This document shows positions 1-13,800 of a stretch of DNA of 64,000 nt, one piece after another. How positions within the stretch are numbered: position 1 is the stretch's first letter; the number at the start of each line of letters is the position of its first letter. Origin of the DNA: Schizosaccharomyces osmophilus. Its lineage: Eukaryota. Under the pieces are notes generated by a model. The model saw only the letters and a program-made list of their open reading frames with translations, had not been told where the DNA came from and made no database searches. The translations under genes were made by a program, and so were the position numbers. The stretch spans positions 930,001 through 994,000 of the forward strand of contig NC_079238.1 in assembly GCF_027921745.1 (NCBI RefSeq), given 5' to 3'.

Positions 1-174
1 TGAACGTCTCCATCCACTTGAATCTTTAACTAGTGAAGAGACGAAGAGATAAACCAAAGGCTAGCTGTAACATAAATTAGCCTGTTTCGATTCATTATTG
101 TTCATTCATCTATAGCTCTTCGTTCTTACTTACCTCAGACCAAACACCAAGTGAACCAAATTTGGTGAAACAGG

Positions 175-3100
175 ATGAATACATCAGGGAACTTGGAGCA
201 TGGAGATTCAAACATGGAAATGGATACAGCGATGGTTTCAGAATCGAAACCTTCCCTTGTTTCTGAATTACTCGAATTCACACTTCAACATCCTTACAAC
301 TATGAAGGGCACGTGAAACTCGTAGAAGAACTCAAACAACATGGACTAAAAGATGATTTGCATGCCGCAAGAAAACGATTTCAAAGCCTATTTCCTCTCT
401 CAGAAGGTAAGTTGGATAAATGTGAACGTACCAGTTGGTGTTCTGAGTCTTACTTTTTTGTGATCTTGTTACAGGAACACTCTCCGTTCAATCCTGGAAA
501 TGATCGAAGCCATTCACTAATCACTTATGTTTAGATATATGGATTGAATACTTGGAAGACGAAAAGGCAGTGTGCAATACCCTAGAAGACTACGAACGAA
601 TTGTCGGTTTGTTTGAAAGTGCAGTGACAGACTATCTTTCGATTCGTCTTTGGCAACTATATTTAGAGTTTTTATTAACACTCGTCGACCCAAGCACATT
701 TTCTTCTGAAAATGCCGAGCTGCAAGACGTGGTTTCTCTGCAAGATGTCTACACCTTATTTAAGAGAGCATATGAAATATGCAAATACCATTTTAATCAG
801 GTAAGTGAGAAGATGGACTTTGGTCATTTTGCTAATGTCGTTTTTATCTAGAGCCAAAAAATTTGGGAACAATTTTTGGAGTTTCTTGAAGAAACTGGTG
901 AAAACCTATTTGAATCCGGCCAAACAATAACGTTGCGAGATAGAATGTACGAATTTTATATTGAAAGATTAGAAATACCCCACAGTCAGATCGAGGAAAC
1001 ATTCTCATCATTTTCGTCTTTCGTTACCAAAAATTGGTCACAAGAAGAATACGAAGTCATTATGTCGAACACGAATAAAATATATGAGACGAACCTGTCG
1101 AAACATAAGAAAATATATGATAACGAATTGCAATTGAGTGCTTCTAATCATTCCTTAGAATGCTACATGGACCTCCTTAATTCTGAATCTAGACGAAGCA
1201 CCTCTATTCATCAATATGTTGCTACACTTTATGAAAGAGCTATAAGCTTCTACCCTCTTGTAGGTGATCTATGGCTTGAGTACTTGGCTTGGGTGAGCAA
1301 ACCTGACTTTCCTCCTCAGGCTTATGCTATTGCAGAGCGTTCTGTTCGAAATTGCCCTTTTGTAGGGAAATTATGGGCCATAAAGCTTCTATACATGATT
1401 GTTGCTGGATTGTCTAATAGTGCAATTCACCAAGAGAAAGAAACATGTTTACAGATGGATTTGTTTTCTGGATTTGATGAATACTGTGCCTTTTTCTCTG
1501 AATATCTTAAACTTTGTATATATATTTCCTCTAATGAACTAGACCCTACGCTTTATATCAAAAATGAGATTGAAGCCATCGAGAACTTCATGCACCATCA
1601 TTTTCCCGGGCTTCGAGATCATAATATGCGGATAGAAAGTGCCAAAATTAATTTACTTATTTCTCTAAATGATTATGAGAGTGTCGAAGCTAGTTGGATT
1701 AGACTTCAGAAAGATTTCCATAAGAGCGCAAAGTTTTGGATTCTTAGATATGCAGCTACATTACGATACAACCCAGAGCTAGCCATTGACACTTTGAGAA
1801 AAGGTCTGTATAAGGATCTCGACAATCCCATGCTATTGTTTCAATTTTATGAATCGGTTGTAACACTTAATCATGATTGTTTTACCTCAATTTCTCAGTT
1901 CTATGATTTTACGCAAGCGAAAAGTTTATATGTCAAGAGGAGCCTTACTTCTCATTTACAAAACCAAGAACTGACATTCTCAACGGAAGTTCAAGAAAAG
2001 GCAGTTAGTTCACCTGATCGTGCCAAGAAGCGGAAGCCTGAGGATGACGAAAGTTTGTTGAAAAAATCAAGATTACCAGAAAAACATCGGAACAGAGAAG
2101 AATTCACTATTTTAGTTAGTAATCTTCCAGATGATATTAGCGAGAAGGATTTGCAGCAATTTTTTAGAGACTGCGGCAAGATTTTACAGATATTTATCTA
2201 TGATGACAAAGATGGGAAAAAGTTAGCACAGGTTGAGTTTTCCGAAACCAGTGAGGTTCTTGCTGCTAAGACTAAAGATATCAAACAGATCAAAGGACAT
2301 GAAATTTCTGTTCAAGTTCATGTTGATACCACCCTTTATGTTACAAATTTTCCGCCTACGTTCGATGAAAATAAAATGACGGATCTTTTCACGAAGTACG
2401 GCCGTGTTGTACAAATTCGGTTTCCAAGTTTAAAATACGACACAAACCGGCGTTTCTGCTATATTCAAATGAGCACACCGGAAGAAGCCTACCATGCATT
2501 ACAATTACACTCAAAAGTGTTCGAAAATCGTTACGAGTTGAAGGTTTTTATTTCAGACCCCAACAAAAGCGGAGCTAGAAGTGGGGCTGTGTACGAAAAA
2601 AGAGAGCTTTATTTGACCAACGTCGACTTTAGTGTTAATGAAAGTCAAGTCCTTGAGTTTTTCCTAAACTATGGCACCGTTGAAAGTGTTCGATTACCTT
2701 CAAAAGCTTCCACAAAAGGCCACATGGGGTTCGGCTATGTGATCATGTCTTCTAGTTCCGAAGCCGAGAATGCTTTAAATGCTGCCGGAAAGGTCCTAGG
2801 AAAGAGAGTTTTGAACGTTGTAATTTCCCAGCCCAAGAAAGCTATCAGCAAAGAAAAATCTACTAAAGATAAGCGACCAGCGTTTACTAAAATGCTTAAT
2901 AAGGATGCAACCGATAGTACTAGTCCACCGATGTCACTTAATCAGGTTCATAGTAAAAGCCTAGGAATAGTTAACGTCGATCAAACGGTCAATGAAGCAA
3001 GATTGAGGTCGGTATTCGAGCCACATGGAGAAATTTTTAGAGTCGTTCTACATCCTGAGCACGAAGGTGCAATTGTTGAATACGTTGACATACATAATGC

Positions 3101-3386
3101 TGGTAAAGCGGCACTTGCCGTGGAGGGTATGAAATTGAGTGGTCGAGAATTACACGTAACAACGGTGAACGAAATGATGCATAACAGTCCGGAATATAAC
3201 CAAACATTCGTCCCTAAACTACGTCCACGGAAGGCTGGCGCTAGATTAGGCATTCAAAAATTCCAGAATTCAGCAAATCAAGCTGACACTCAAAAAGAGT
3301 CAAAGAATGACGAAGACGACACTATGCAGATTGATCCTCCTAAGACCAATGATGATTTTCGACGATTTCTATTTAAAGGCACGTGA
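175..3386 (+). CDS. prp24: U4/U6 snRNP recycling factor Prp24/SART3 (HAT repeats + RRMs); exons 175-406, 535-800, 852-3386
   Basis: HAT-like N-terminus, several RRMs (LYVTNFP, RFCYIQM, GFGYV), C-terminal Lsm-interaction motif TNDDFRRFL; GTAAGT..CTAA..AG introns join the three ORFs in frame. Confidence 0.9.
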
Positions 3387-3432
3387 AGCTAAACACTGCT
3401 AAGTGATATTGTTATTTATAAAGTCTATGGTG

Positions 3433-5625
3433 CTAATGCATAACTAAGTTTGGCAGAGTTTTACCATAAGTGTTAACAATTTTAGCTTTCTTTTGCGAAT
3501 TTTGATGAAGATCTTGCAGCGTAGCGATATTTGCTATACAGCAACACATTAAACCTTTTAGATAGTTTGTTTGTAAATCATAGGATAAATCATGTTGACA
3601 ACTCTCCATCGGTAATTTCAGTACCTTTAATAAGGATTTCTTCGATTCTTCAAAAGATTGTAATGTTCCTTCCAAAAGTCTTTCTTTTGGTAAAGACTGA
3701 TGGTATTCAATATTTATATGCAATCGAGACAAGGATATCAATTTCATTTCGCTTAGGTTTGCAAACGGATTGTAGTGAGCTTTGAAGTGGGATAAGATTA
3801 CTTTCTCTTCCTTAAAGAATGACGGACAGGAGAAAATTCCATATTTCAATAACGTCAATGATAACTGTTTGTTAGTTTCAAGTCAATTAAAATTAGAACT
3901 TACAAAAAAATATCCAAAATAAACGCTCTTTTTTGCTTCCAGTTCATCTATCAAGTAGCTTATATAATTGTAATTGAATTCGCCAGGCTTTGCTCGGCTT
4001 ATAACTTGTTGAAGATGTTGTAAGTGCATTTCAAAAACCGAATTTAAGTAAGAAAATAAATACGGCCATTCATGAGGTTTATGAAGGTCTTGCTCAAAAG
4101 AGGTGGTGAGGATTAACTCCACAATAACGAATTTTAGGTGAAGAGCAAAATCAGAGAATTTACCGATCATGGCTTCGTCCAGCGAAGCGAGTGCACCTAA
4201 CTTTCCGTCTATACTGTTTGCTTGTAAGTGGCCTATTACGCAGTCGGGAAGTAAGTTGATTAAATTTCGGCGAAATCGGCATGGGTTATGTGTGGTAATC
4301 CTCAAAAGATCTAATAGAAAGCCAGCAAAATGACTCACAAAGCTCTCAAGCTCGGACTGAATTTCTATATTTAAATGTCCGGACACTAGGCACATGGATT
4401 CAGGGTCATAAAATGAAGAGGGAAGGCAAGAAAATTGATGGACGCAAGACAAAAAGAAAGTTATAGGGTTGTAAATCATACAGACGCTACCACTAGCCAA
4501 AAGAAATGTTTGCAATGATGAACGGACATATGGTTCAGACACTCTATTTGAATGTGTAGTATCGATGCAAAATGACAAGATAGAAATTGGGGAGGTTGGC
4601 GACTGAGTTCGTAGAGTAATTTTCATGTCATTAGCAAAGTACTGTAATCGTTTGTATGCATCCATTACATTACAAGAAGGAACATGACGAGGAGGAGCAG
4701 TGACAATAAGCTGTGCTTGTATTCGACTATCCCAGAATTGCTTCATAGTATTTTCCCGAACAGTCTCCGCAACCAGTTGTGACTCATTCAGTGATTCGGG
4801 AACATAGTGACTTATATTTTCTAAATTTTCATAAATATCTTTTATAGAATTTCTTTCATAGACGTGTAAAATCGAAACGCGCAGTTGAAGTCGCGTCCGA
4901 ATATTCATGAATAAGTCACGAGTACTAGAGTCCTTCCTGATTTCGCTATCGAGATACTGAATCCCTTCAGACAAAAGGTCATAAATTTTTTCGACAGGAT
5001 AAGTTTCTAGAAGGGATAGTTGATAGGAAAAGGAGCTCATATCTTCCTCGTCATACATATTACCAGTCAAAAATTCTCTTCGCACATAATCACAACTTTT
5101 AATAACCCCCAGGACGTATGGAAAGAGGACTAGATCTGTTAATGTATCTAACTTTTTTCTGGAAAATCCCATATCCTTAACTCTGGAGGTGGGAGTTTTG
5201 CAGATATCAAAAACATGCTTACTGCAGAGTATACTTTCTGACATTGGAATACCATAATGCCAATCACTTTCAGCTGTAAAGATACCGTCCATTATTACAA
5301 GAGTTTCAACAGGATTAAGAGCTTTAGCGACATCAACATTCTTTTCAGAGTAATCGATTCCACTATCCATTTTCGGATCCATGATCTCGAATGCACTGAT
5401 AGAATCCAGTAAGGTAAAACTAGGATGATAAACAAGTTCCTCTTCTTTTAAAGTATGAACAGCGTTGAAATAACTGGAGGTACAGTCCATATATCCATCT
5501 TTGTCAGCATATTTGTCATTATCCTGACCAGCAGGAGCTCTTAAGAACTGATTTTGAGTATCCCCACCATAAAATAAAGAAGAAAAACTAAAATCAGGCA
5601 TAATTTCAATGGAACGTCCTTCCAT
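3433..5625 (-). CDS. mak10: NatC N-acetyltransferase auxiliary subunit Mak10/Naa35; intron 3865-3903
   Basis: Motif FTLLDSISAFEIMDPKMDSG and HNPCRFRRNL; 39-nt GTAAGT..CTAAC..CAG intron joins the 581-aa and 141-aa ORFs in frame. Confidence 0.9.
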
Positions 5626-5855
5626 CAATTAACTACGAAGTGTTGTAGTAGCTGATGAGTTTCAGTAGATTAAGGTGTTCTTCGTTGTGTACACCGAAAA
5701 GCAAGTAGTTAAATTTATAATGTAAGATTCATTTTTAAAATAATAGCTAGTTGATAGAATCAAATCTAGATAAATACCAAACAAAAAACGGTAATATTGT
5801 AAGGACTTCCAGATTTCATTAGAGGTATACGGATTACAAAAAATAAAGGAAGGAT

Positions 5856-7433
5856 CTAATTAAAAATAGCATTCATAACTTTCCGTTTCAGGTTTTCGAT
5901 TTCATTGTTTTTTTGGCGTAACTCGGCATTCAATTTTGCGATTTCCAGCTTCAATGTTGATACCGAATCCAGGGATCCTAATGTATTTACAGCAGAGTTT
6001 GTCCTTTGAGTGGCAGCATCTTTTAAGATAGTAGGCTCTACCAAGGCTTGTAAATTTGGAGCTTTTTCGGCGTTGAAAGTATGGCATACGGTCGCACTAA
6101 GGGGTCCCTGGTGAACAGACCATATAAGTCTATCATTATTAGCTTCAATAATTTCAAGCTGTGAGGAAACGAGAGCTAGCATAGTATGAGAAATGTTCCT
6201 CATGCTGTTAACCCTTGAGGATGGAACACATGTGGGTATGTAAGTAGAAATTTCATCTGTATAGCTATTGAGTAAGTAATTAACCTTTTCCGTTGGTAAA
6301 TGAGCTGCGTGTGAGAATGCAGCCCGTAGCATAGTATTTTGAGCATGCATTAATTTGTCAAACCGTTCGTACCAGTTGGTATCTATGTTTACTGGAATTG
6401 ATACTTCGGATTGCAATTGTTTTAATTTGTTCCTAGCGCCTGGAGGACGCCCTCGTTTTCGTGGAAGCCCTCTTTCTTGCTCAAGATTATCAGCATCAAC
6501 ATTTGCAGACCGAGACCAAGAGTCACTTAGGGTGTCGCTTTCTTTTGGAGAAGCAACGTTTCGCAACTCGTCTGGCCATTGCTGCCAACTGTTGGTGGGG
6601 TCTATTGAGTCGGCAACGGATACTGATTCTGAATCGCGGAAAGAGTTTTCATGTCTGCTGGAATGAGTTGTCGCCCTTGGCAGTTGTGCTGCTTCATTTG
6701 ATGAATCAAATACATTCGTACTTTGCTGAAGTGACGAACTGGGAATATTTGAAGGATGGTTTCGATTATGTTCGACGGGATCCACCGCCATGTTTTGTGA
6801 GGTAGGCATTAAAAGCGAATGAGGAGTCGGGCAATTGTCAGTATCATCATGAACGAATCCCAGGCTTTGGCCATCGGTTTCTAAATTGTGATCCGCCGAA
6901 GGCATCCAGTGGGACGGAGAACCTGAAGCGTGCAGTACATTGATCGAATTGCTATGGTGAGAAACCACACCAACACGCAACGCTTTAATAACCAAGTCAT
7001 CATTTATATTAACATTACATCGTAATTGAGGTTGGCTTTCCGGAATTTCTAAATAATATGCATTGGGTCGGCTCAGAAGATAATCAAAGAAGGCGTCCAC
7101 ATGCATTTGATTCATCCATCGCTTCAAACGAACAACATACTGCTGAATTTTTTGAGTGGATTGCTCATCCTTTCTTTCAACACCCAAGAAACCAACCAGT
7201 TTAGACCAGGAGCTGATCACTTTCTGATGGTATTGCCGAATTAACAGAAACAAGACCCAGATATCAAACTTTTGGCCCTCGGATTTTGGAATAGAGTTGA
7301 ATGCGGTTGCTAGTTGTCTTGTATCGGCTCCTGCATACCAGGGATTGCAGCATAAACAGAACTGGCAAAATTTTTCCGTTATGTTGTCCGCATTGATATC
7401 GAGCTTAGAAGGTAAAAGAGTATAGAAATTCAT
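5856..7433 (-). CDS. abp2: ARS-binding protein 2 (AT-hook)
   Basis: QSTQKIQQYVVRLKRWM..MHVDAFFDYL Abp2 motif, AT-hook RKRGRPP, C-terminal coiled coil. Confidence 0.88.
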   Translation of the reverse strand: MNFYTLLPSKLDINADNITEKFCQFCLCCNPWYAGADTRQLATAFNSIPKSEGQKFDIWVLFLLIRQYHQKVISSWSKLVGFLGVERKDEQSTQKIQQYVVRLKRWMNQMHVDAFFDYLLSRPNAYYLEIPESQPQLRCNVNINDDLVIKALRVGVVSHHSNSINVLHASGSPSHWMPSADHNLETDGQSLGFVHDDTDNCPTPHSLLMPTSQNMAVDPVEHNRNHPSNIPSSSLQQSTNVFDSSNEAAQLPRATTHSSRHENSFRDSESVSVADSIDPTNSWQQWPDELRNVASPKESDTLSDSWSRSANVDADNLEQERGLPRKRGRPPGARNKLKQLQSEVSIPVNIDTNWYERFDKLMHAQNTMLRAAFSHAAHLPTEKVNYLLNSYTDEISTYIPTCVPSSRVNSMRNISHTMLALVSSQLEIIEANNDRLIWSVHQGPLSATVCHTFNAEKAPNLQALVEPTILKDAATQRTNSAVNTLGSLDSVSTLKLEIAKLNAELRQKNNEIENLKRKVMNAIFN

Positions 7434-9125
7434 ATTTCTTCTGTATATTACAATTTCTAAGTGTGCTATAATGCCCGATTATGAAACGAAACGATTTAGA
7501 AAGTATGTAATCGCAGAGATCAATTACTCTAGAAAATAAGAAGAGAAATCCCCTCAGAAAGATAAAATCTATGAATTTGTAACTTTATCCGTACCTTGAA
7601 TTGTTTCCCGGCAGACCAGCTGAAGATTTTTGGAACAGGATGCTTGAAGAAAACATAAGAGCTTTATGGAAGTAGCAGCGAGACCTGTTTCTACAAATAC
7701 TTCAAGTCTGTTTCCTTATTAGACAATTTAAACAGCCATGTATCTATTTGCCAAGCTTCATTAGCCAAATTTCGTATATCACAATTTCGCCAAAATTAGG
7801 CTCAAAGATTATACTGAATATGGTACAAAGCAAAAACCCAAGTCAGCCTTTATGAATTCAAGGAATACAAAAAGGATCAGGAGGATGGAAAATGGTAAAC
7901 AAAAGAAATGCTAGTCAAAACGTATAAAATACTCGCATTTTGTTACTTGTATAATGTCACTTGTAAAGTACCATGAGAAAACAAGGAGTTATTAGTTTTT
8001 ACGTTTCTACGTTTCTACTTTGAAGAAAAAAAAAAAAAAAAAAAACAATTATATATTTAAACCAATTTTAATATAGTAGCTGTTCTATGTTGAACGGAAT
8101 GGCAAAGATATATTTGGGGTTCAAATCAATTTCGAGATATTCGTTTCTGTATATTTTCGGCAAGGTCTCATATTTGTGAGCTTCTAGAGTAATTAACTTT
8201 TTTTTATTCATGATAAAGATATTACATTAATAAAAGAATAAAATATTATTGGTGGTAAAGGCCAGAGTCGAAGAAGGCATCTGCTTTGTTTTTGCTTTTT
8301 TTTTGGCAAATTTTTTGCGATCGGTATGCTTCACCAATATTTATTTACAATTCGTGTAAATTTTTTGGATATTTTTTCTTTAAATTACTCTTTTTCTTAG
8401 ACAGGCAGGAGGACAGGTAAAGCTAGTTATCCTTGTCGATGATTGTAAACAATTGGGTTTTGAAAACAAGTATTGACAAATCCTAGAGCGGTTTCTTCAT
8501 ATTAAACTTGTTGAAAAAATACAGATTAAAATTCTAATTTGAAATACACGGAAGCATGGATTTAATATATTTTTTATTTTTCAAACACGAAAATCATTTT
8601 CTGTATTCACATCAAAACGAAGCTACAGATTTCCAAGAGTTCATCTATAATTAAGATTTTTATAATGAATTATATCCATTACACAAAGTGTGGAAGATTC
8701 TGTTTGCTGTTCTAATTGTCGATTCTATGTTTATATCGTTCCATGTAATCTCTATATCACGGGCTATGTTTTCTTATTTACATTTTTTGTAGTTGCTCTT
8801 CTTCAGTTTATTAATTTATTTCTAAATCCATCTTTACGTTTTGCTGTATATATATTGTACTCGAAATCCAACATACAAAATGTTCAGAAAATCCTAAACA
8901 AGCTTAATGAAGGCTATTAAAAATATATATACTAATTTTTATATAGTTAGGAATCTGTAGTGAAAAAGTACTGAAAGTAGCCCATCCCATTCTAAATCAT
9001 GTAGACCCCAAGTCGCGTTCCTACTACACGTAAATAAGAAATAGAGGAATCATTAAGCAATTCACTTTTTTTTTATGAAATAAACGATTAAATTCGTTTC
9101 GGATGTAATTATTTAAAAGAATACA

Positions 9126-11212
9126 ATGAATGAAGGGTCCAGTGTCCCAGTAAAACACAGAGAAAACCAATTTTTTGAAATTGGCGTTGTGGGCAGGTAT
9201 GCTAAATGCAACAAAGTTTCTCATATATATCAATGTTATGAGAAATCCTTTCTTTAAAGTTCATATTAAGAGGTGTTTATTAACATGGGATAGAAAAACT
9301 GGATTCACTGTTCCTCAAAATGTCAAAAAAGGAGCTGATGGTTTTGACGACATGGACGCGTATTTCTTGTCGGATGGGTCAATTCATTTGGAAGATGAAC
9401 AAGATGAGCCATCCAATCAAGAAATTGTCCCACAAAACACTGCACCGCTTGTTTCTCCTGGTGTTAATGAACAAAATCATGATTCACCTGTTAATCCTCT
9501 TTCTGATTTGTCTCAAGAACGAGAAAATGAACCTCCGTCTTCACCTTTACTGATGAACTCTAAAGCCTTACGAGCTAGTCGTGAATTTTCTGCGCCATTG
9601 ATGGGTAAGTACTTTGCTTTCGTATTTTGGTTCTGTTCATGCTTCTCAGGAAACAAAAAAAAGTTGAGAACTATTTACTAATGTCCGTATAGCTTCAAAA
9701 TCGCTCACTCGTTCTTCTCACCTATTTGATGAACCTAATGATCTTACATATAACCATACTGACCTATCCTACCAAAAGAAAAACAATAAAGTAGTAGATT
9801 TTTCAAGGATGAAGCTATCACCCGATAAAAACAACTTTGAACCTAGAAGAAGTTCAGAGTTTCCGAACAAATCAGCTCCTTCGAATAGCAATCCATCTTC
9901 ATCAGAGTTTTCCTTCAAAGAAAAACTACCTGTTAGCAAACAAATTCAAGAACTAAAAAGGTCAAAAGCCTGGAACTCTCCAAAGAAAGGTTCCGAAGTG
10001 GATGAAATCCGCATTCGACCTACACATAAAGCGCTACCATCAATTTCACCTTCGAAACCCCAAGTACAGACGGCGCGTACCCAGACAATCAATGATATAA
10101 TCAAGGAAGCAACTCCCTTAGCTTCACCTCAACCTGAATCAGATTCTTCAGATGTACCAATCTCGCAAATACCCCGGTCTTCACAAAAAGTTACCGAAGT
10201 TGATCAAGAGAATATACAACCTGAAGGAACTCGTACAGAAAAAATAATGAAAAGGCGAGGGCGACCACGAAAACAAAAAATTGAAGCAGAAAAGGAAATT
10301 GATAGACCAAGTATTGAAGAAAAAGTCGAAAAGGGAATACAAGAAGAGAAGAAACGACGAAGAGGAAGACCAAGAAAGAAAGATTTATCACCTTCACCTG
10401 ATAAAGAAAATGTTCAAGAAGATGCGCAAGATATGTCTGATGAGGAACCTCGGAATGAAAAGCATGAAAATATTGCTGAGGGTTTGCGGCGATCCAATCG
10501 TACCAGGATAGCTCCATTAGCCTTTTGGAAAAACGAACGCGTTGTTTATGAGCTTCAAAAAAATAAAACAGAAACTCCAGCTTTACCTGAAGTAAAAAAT
10601 GTCATCCGCATCGAAGATCCTGCCTCGCAACGGAGGAAAAGGAAAAAAATTCGATCCGAAGGGCGCAAACAAGGAACAAAAGAGCCATCACCTACAGTGC
10701 CACTGGAAGAAGATGGCAATGAGCTAGCCCCGTTTGAAGAAGAAGTGAATTGTCCGGTATTGTCTTGGAACCAAAAAAACCAGAAAGTTTCAGAAGCAAG
10801 GACAATTGGATATGCCTTGCCGTCGGTTAAATTATATCAAATTCGGAATCAACAAACTAAGTTTGCGAGTTTATTCAGCGACCCAAACTTTTTTGGGGCA
10901 GGGATCCTGGAACTTCCTATGGGCGCAGAAAAACCCGTAAAACCATCCAAACATAACCTTATGTCCTTTTGTATTCTACAAGGGTACTTAGAAATTATGG
11001 TTAATACGACAACATTCAGAATGAGAAGGGAAGGAGTATTTATTGTTCCTAGAGGTAAGTTTTCTACCTTTTTTCAAGTTGAAGCTAACTTTTCAGGGAA
11101 TTATTATAGCATAAAAAATATCGGTCATGATGTTGCTCGTTTATATTATACACAAGCAGCCGACACGCTGGACGACGAAAGACGGTATAACAAAGAAACA
11201 GCTGTTAAATAA
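9126..11212 (+). CDS. cnp3: CENP-C/Mif2 kinetochore protein; exons 9126-9196, 9294-9604, 9693-11054, 11097-11212
   Basis: Spliced N-terminus EIGVVGRKTG, AT-hooks RRGRPRK, CENP-C motif RRSNRTRIAPLAFWKNER, cupin end VPRGNYYSIKN after removing a 42-nt intron. Confidence 0.92.
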
Positions 11213-11346
11213 TCTCCTGGGGTAATCTTGTATATAATGTATATATATTATCATCTAATTAGACATTTGTTTGCAATCGTCGCATGCTTCCTTCGCTGTA
11301 ACTTGAAACGCCTCAATATCAATATTGAATTGAAACCAAGAGTAAT

Positions 11347-11702
11347 TTACTTTTGAATCATGTCTTTAAACTTCAGCGTTCTACTATAACTATCGATCAT
11401 GTCGCTGAGTCTGTCGACATTGATCTTTGAGGAGTCAATAGACATTTTTTTACCATCCTCTATAAAAATGGTTAGAAATTCAAATGAATTAAAGCAAGGT
11501 GTCTGCACTTACTATATAGAACTTCTATAGTTGGATTGACAGTAGAACCTTTAGGCGCGACACTGCTTGTTAAAAACATGCCGTAATTCGACCTCGCACT
11601 GTCTTTGTTTGCTAAAGCTAAAAGAAGTCTTGCGGAACGGCTTGCCTTTGAGAAAGGATTTAAGTTCGTTATGGATAGTTTGTTTATGAAGCCAAAAATC
11701 AT
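11347..11702 (-). CDS. mrpl44: Mitochondrial ribosomal protein L44 (mL53), one intron
   Basis: MIFGFINKLSITNLNPFSKASRSARLLL..PTIEVLY spliced (GTAAGT..CTAAC..TAG) to KDGKKMSIDSSKINVDRLSDMIDSYSRTLKFKDMIQK*; resembles yeast Mrpl44. Confidence 0.8.
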
Positions 11703-12029
11703 GTTCAACAGCAATTTTCTGAGTGGAGAGTCTTAAATTGTCCTTATAAATTCAAAAAAGCAAATCTTCTCTATTTTTTGATCGTAGAAGCCTATATCAT
11801 GGATATTCTGCTCTGGTGTTCTGGGTAAGCTAAGCTTAGACTGGAAGGCAATACGTTCCTCTCAAATATTTTCACTCATCGAATCTCAACTACTTCATTT
11901 TATTTATTGTAATTACTTTTCTGAAATTTTACTAAGCTTACGTTTATATTCAGAACCAATTTTTTTGAAGAAAGCTACTTGTTTAAATTCCAACAGAACG
12001 TGGAATTGTGTTGGAAAACAGCTTTTATC

Positions 12030-13404
12030 ATGAGTTTGAGAGCCAAAACGAAAAATCCAGCAAGTATTTTTAGTCATGAAACACTTCTTCACATTTTTGA
12101 AAGCCTATCGTCTCGCGATATCGTTGCATTAGAAAGAGTATCCAAAAATTGGAAATCAATCGCTCAAACCTCATCTGTAAGCAATTTTCTGGAGGTATAT
12201 CTTTATTAACTGTAATTAGGTATGGCATAATCTTTTTCTTTCAGAATTTGGAAAAAGTCGTATTCGACGCAGAGCTCGTGTTAAGAAAACCCGTAAAAAC
12301 TGGAAGAATGAATTCAAGAGTGAGAGCAATTGGGATTCTGGAAACTGTAGGAAAGAGGTTTTTTCTCTTTTTAAGAATCGAAACAGCGTTCAGACAGATA
12401 AATCGAAGTTGGATATTACCCTGCTCCATAAAGGGCGCGTGTACACATGTAGTACAACGATGTTATATGAATGGTCTTTCCATGAAAACAAAATGACATG
12501 TTTGAATGCCTTACCGTTCCCTGAGAAATACAAACTTGATTCTCCTACTGCTATGTGTGTTGATGGTAAAAACTTCTATATAGCGTTGGAGTCTGGAGCC
12601 GTACTTCAAGCAACGCTTACTCAAAATGGGTTCAGTAACTTAAACAGTATTTTAGAAATTGATACCCCATTTATATCTCTTTCTATACGACACAATTTGC
12701 TCTGTGGATTGACGAAAGATGAGTCGTTTTATATGTTTAGGAACAAAAACTTGTCTACAGCTACTTTTCAGTTGCTTGGAAAGTTTTCTGTTTCTGGCGT
12801 GAAGGTTCCCATTTCAATCCACATAGAAACTGATTTTTCTAATTCACATAAAGTACTCATTGTACAACTGACCTATAGCGAATATATGATTGCCCATGGG
12901 TGGACCATTGGATCACAGGAGTTTTGGATTACGGACTCAAGGATTGTAAAAAACCGAGTCGGGCAACGTCAAGCTTCTGATATTGCTTTTTCTTCACAAC
13001 CCGCCTCAGGCGTTTATCAACAAGGTCCTTATGTCTTGAGTTCTCATGCAGATAATACATTAATGCTACACTATATCTCTTCAGGCCTCGATTCTACTTG
13101 CATTCAATGGGGTGTCCAGCTTCAAGGACATGTTTGTGGCGTGGAAAAGTCTAAACTGTTTGACTGTGGAAAAATTGTATCTGTTTCCAGAAATTGTACT
13201 GAGATTTGTTTATGGGACCTTCAAAACTATAGAGAAGCAAAAGAATTTCAGCCATTTATGATTGAGTCAAAACGGATTTTTAGTCAGTATATCCGAGATT
13301 ATGAACAAAACAAGACTCAAGTGCAGGACATTGAGTTATTTGACGATACAGTAATGATTACACTTTCAGATGGAAATGTTATGGCATTCCTTTTTTATGC
13401 TTAA
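12030..13404 (+). CDS. pof12: F-box/WD-like protein; exons 12030-12176, 12220-13404
   Basis: F-box (FSHETLLHIFESLSSRDIVALERVSKNWK) spliced in frame to VWHNLFLSEFG; WD-like repeat LQGHVCGV..ICLWDL; recalled gene order. Confidence 0.75.
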
Positions 13405-13704
13405 CGCGATTTCAACCGTGGACTAATTTCATTTCCTATGTTATTTATGGTATTTAAGTTACACCAACAATCATTTTGATAAACAAATACAAACATGGTG
13501 GTTATCTGTAACAGCATATATTGATAGATTTTTTTTTCAGCAAGCTAGTTTAGACGTGTTTATTCAAACTAAAATGGACTAGGTTTTTTTTTGGTAAGAG
13601 ACGTGATTTTCCACATCCTCTTTTCTTATGTTTTATAATTTACGTTTCGTTTTTGCTTTCTACTTGATTTTATATATTTTGTTAGGCTGTTTTATTTGAA
13701 CCGA

Positions 13705-13725
13705 ACCCTACCCTAAACGTGACTG
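13705..13725 (+). promoter_or_regulatory. Homol-E (ACCCTACCCT, 13705-13714) and Homol-D (CGTGACTG = CAGTCACG reversed, 13718-13725) ribosomal-protein promoter elements
   Basis: Matches to the known fission yeast ribosomal-protein gene promoter boxes ~80 bp upstream of the rpl19 ATG. Confidence 0.85.
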
Positions 13726-13800
13726 TCCGCATACATCAAAAGAATTGGGCAAGAGTACAACTGGAAGGACCGTCCGTCCACCAAAAAACAGCGAGAAAAA

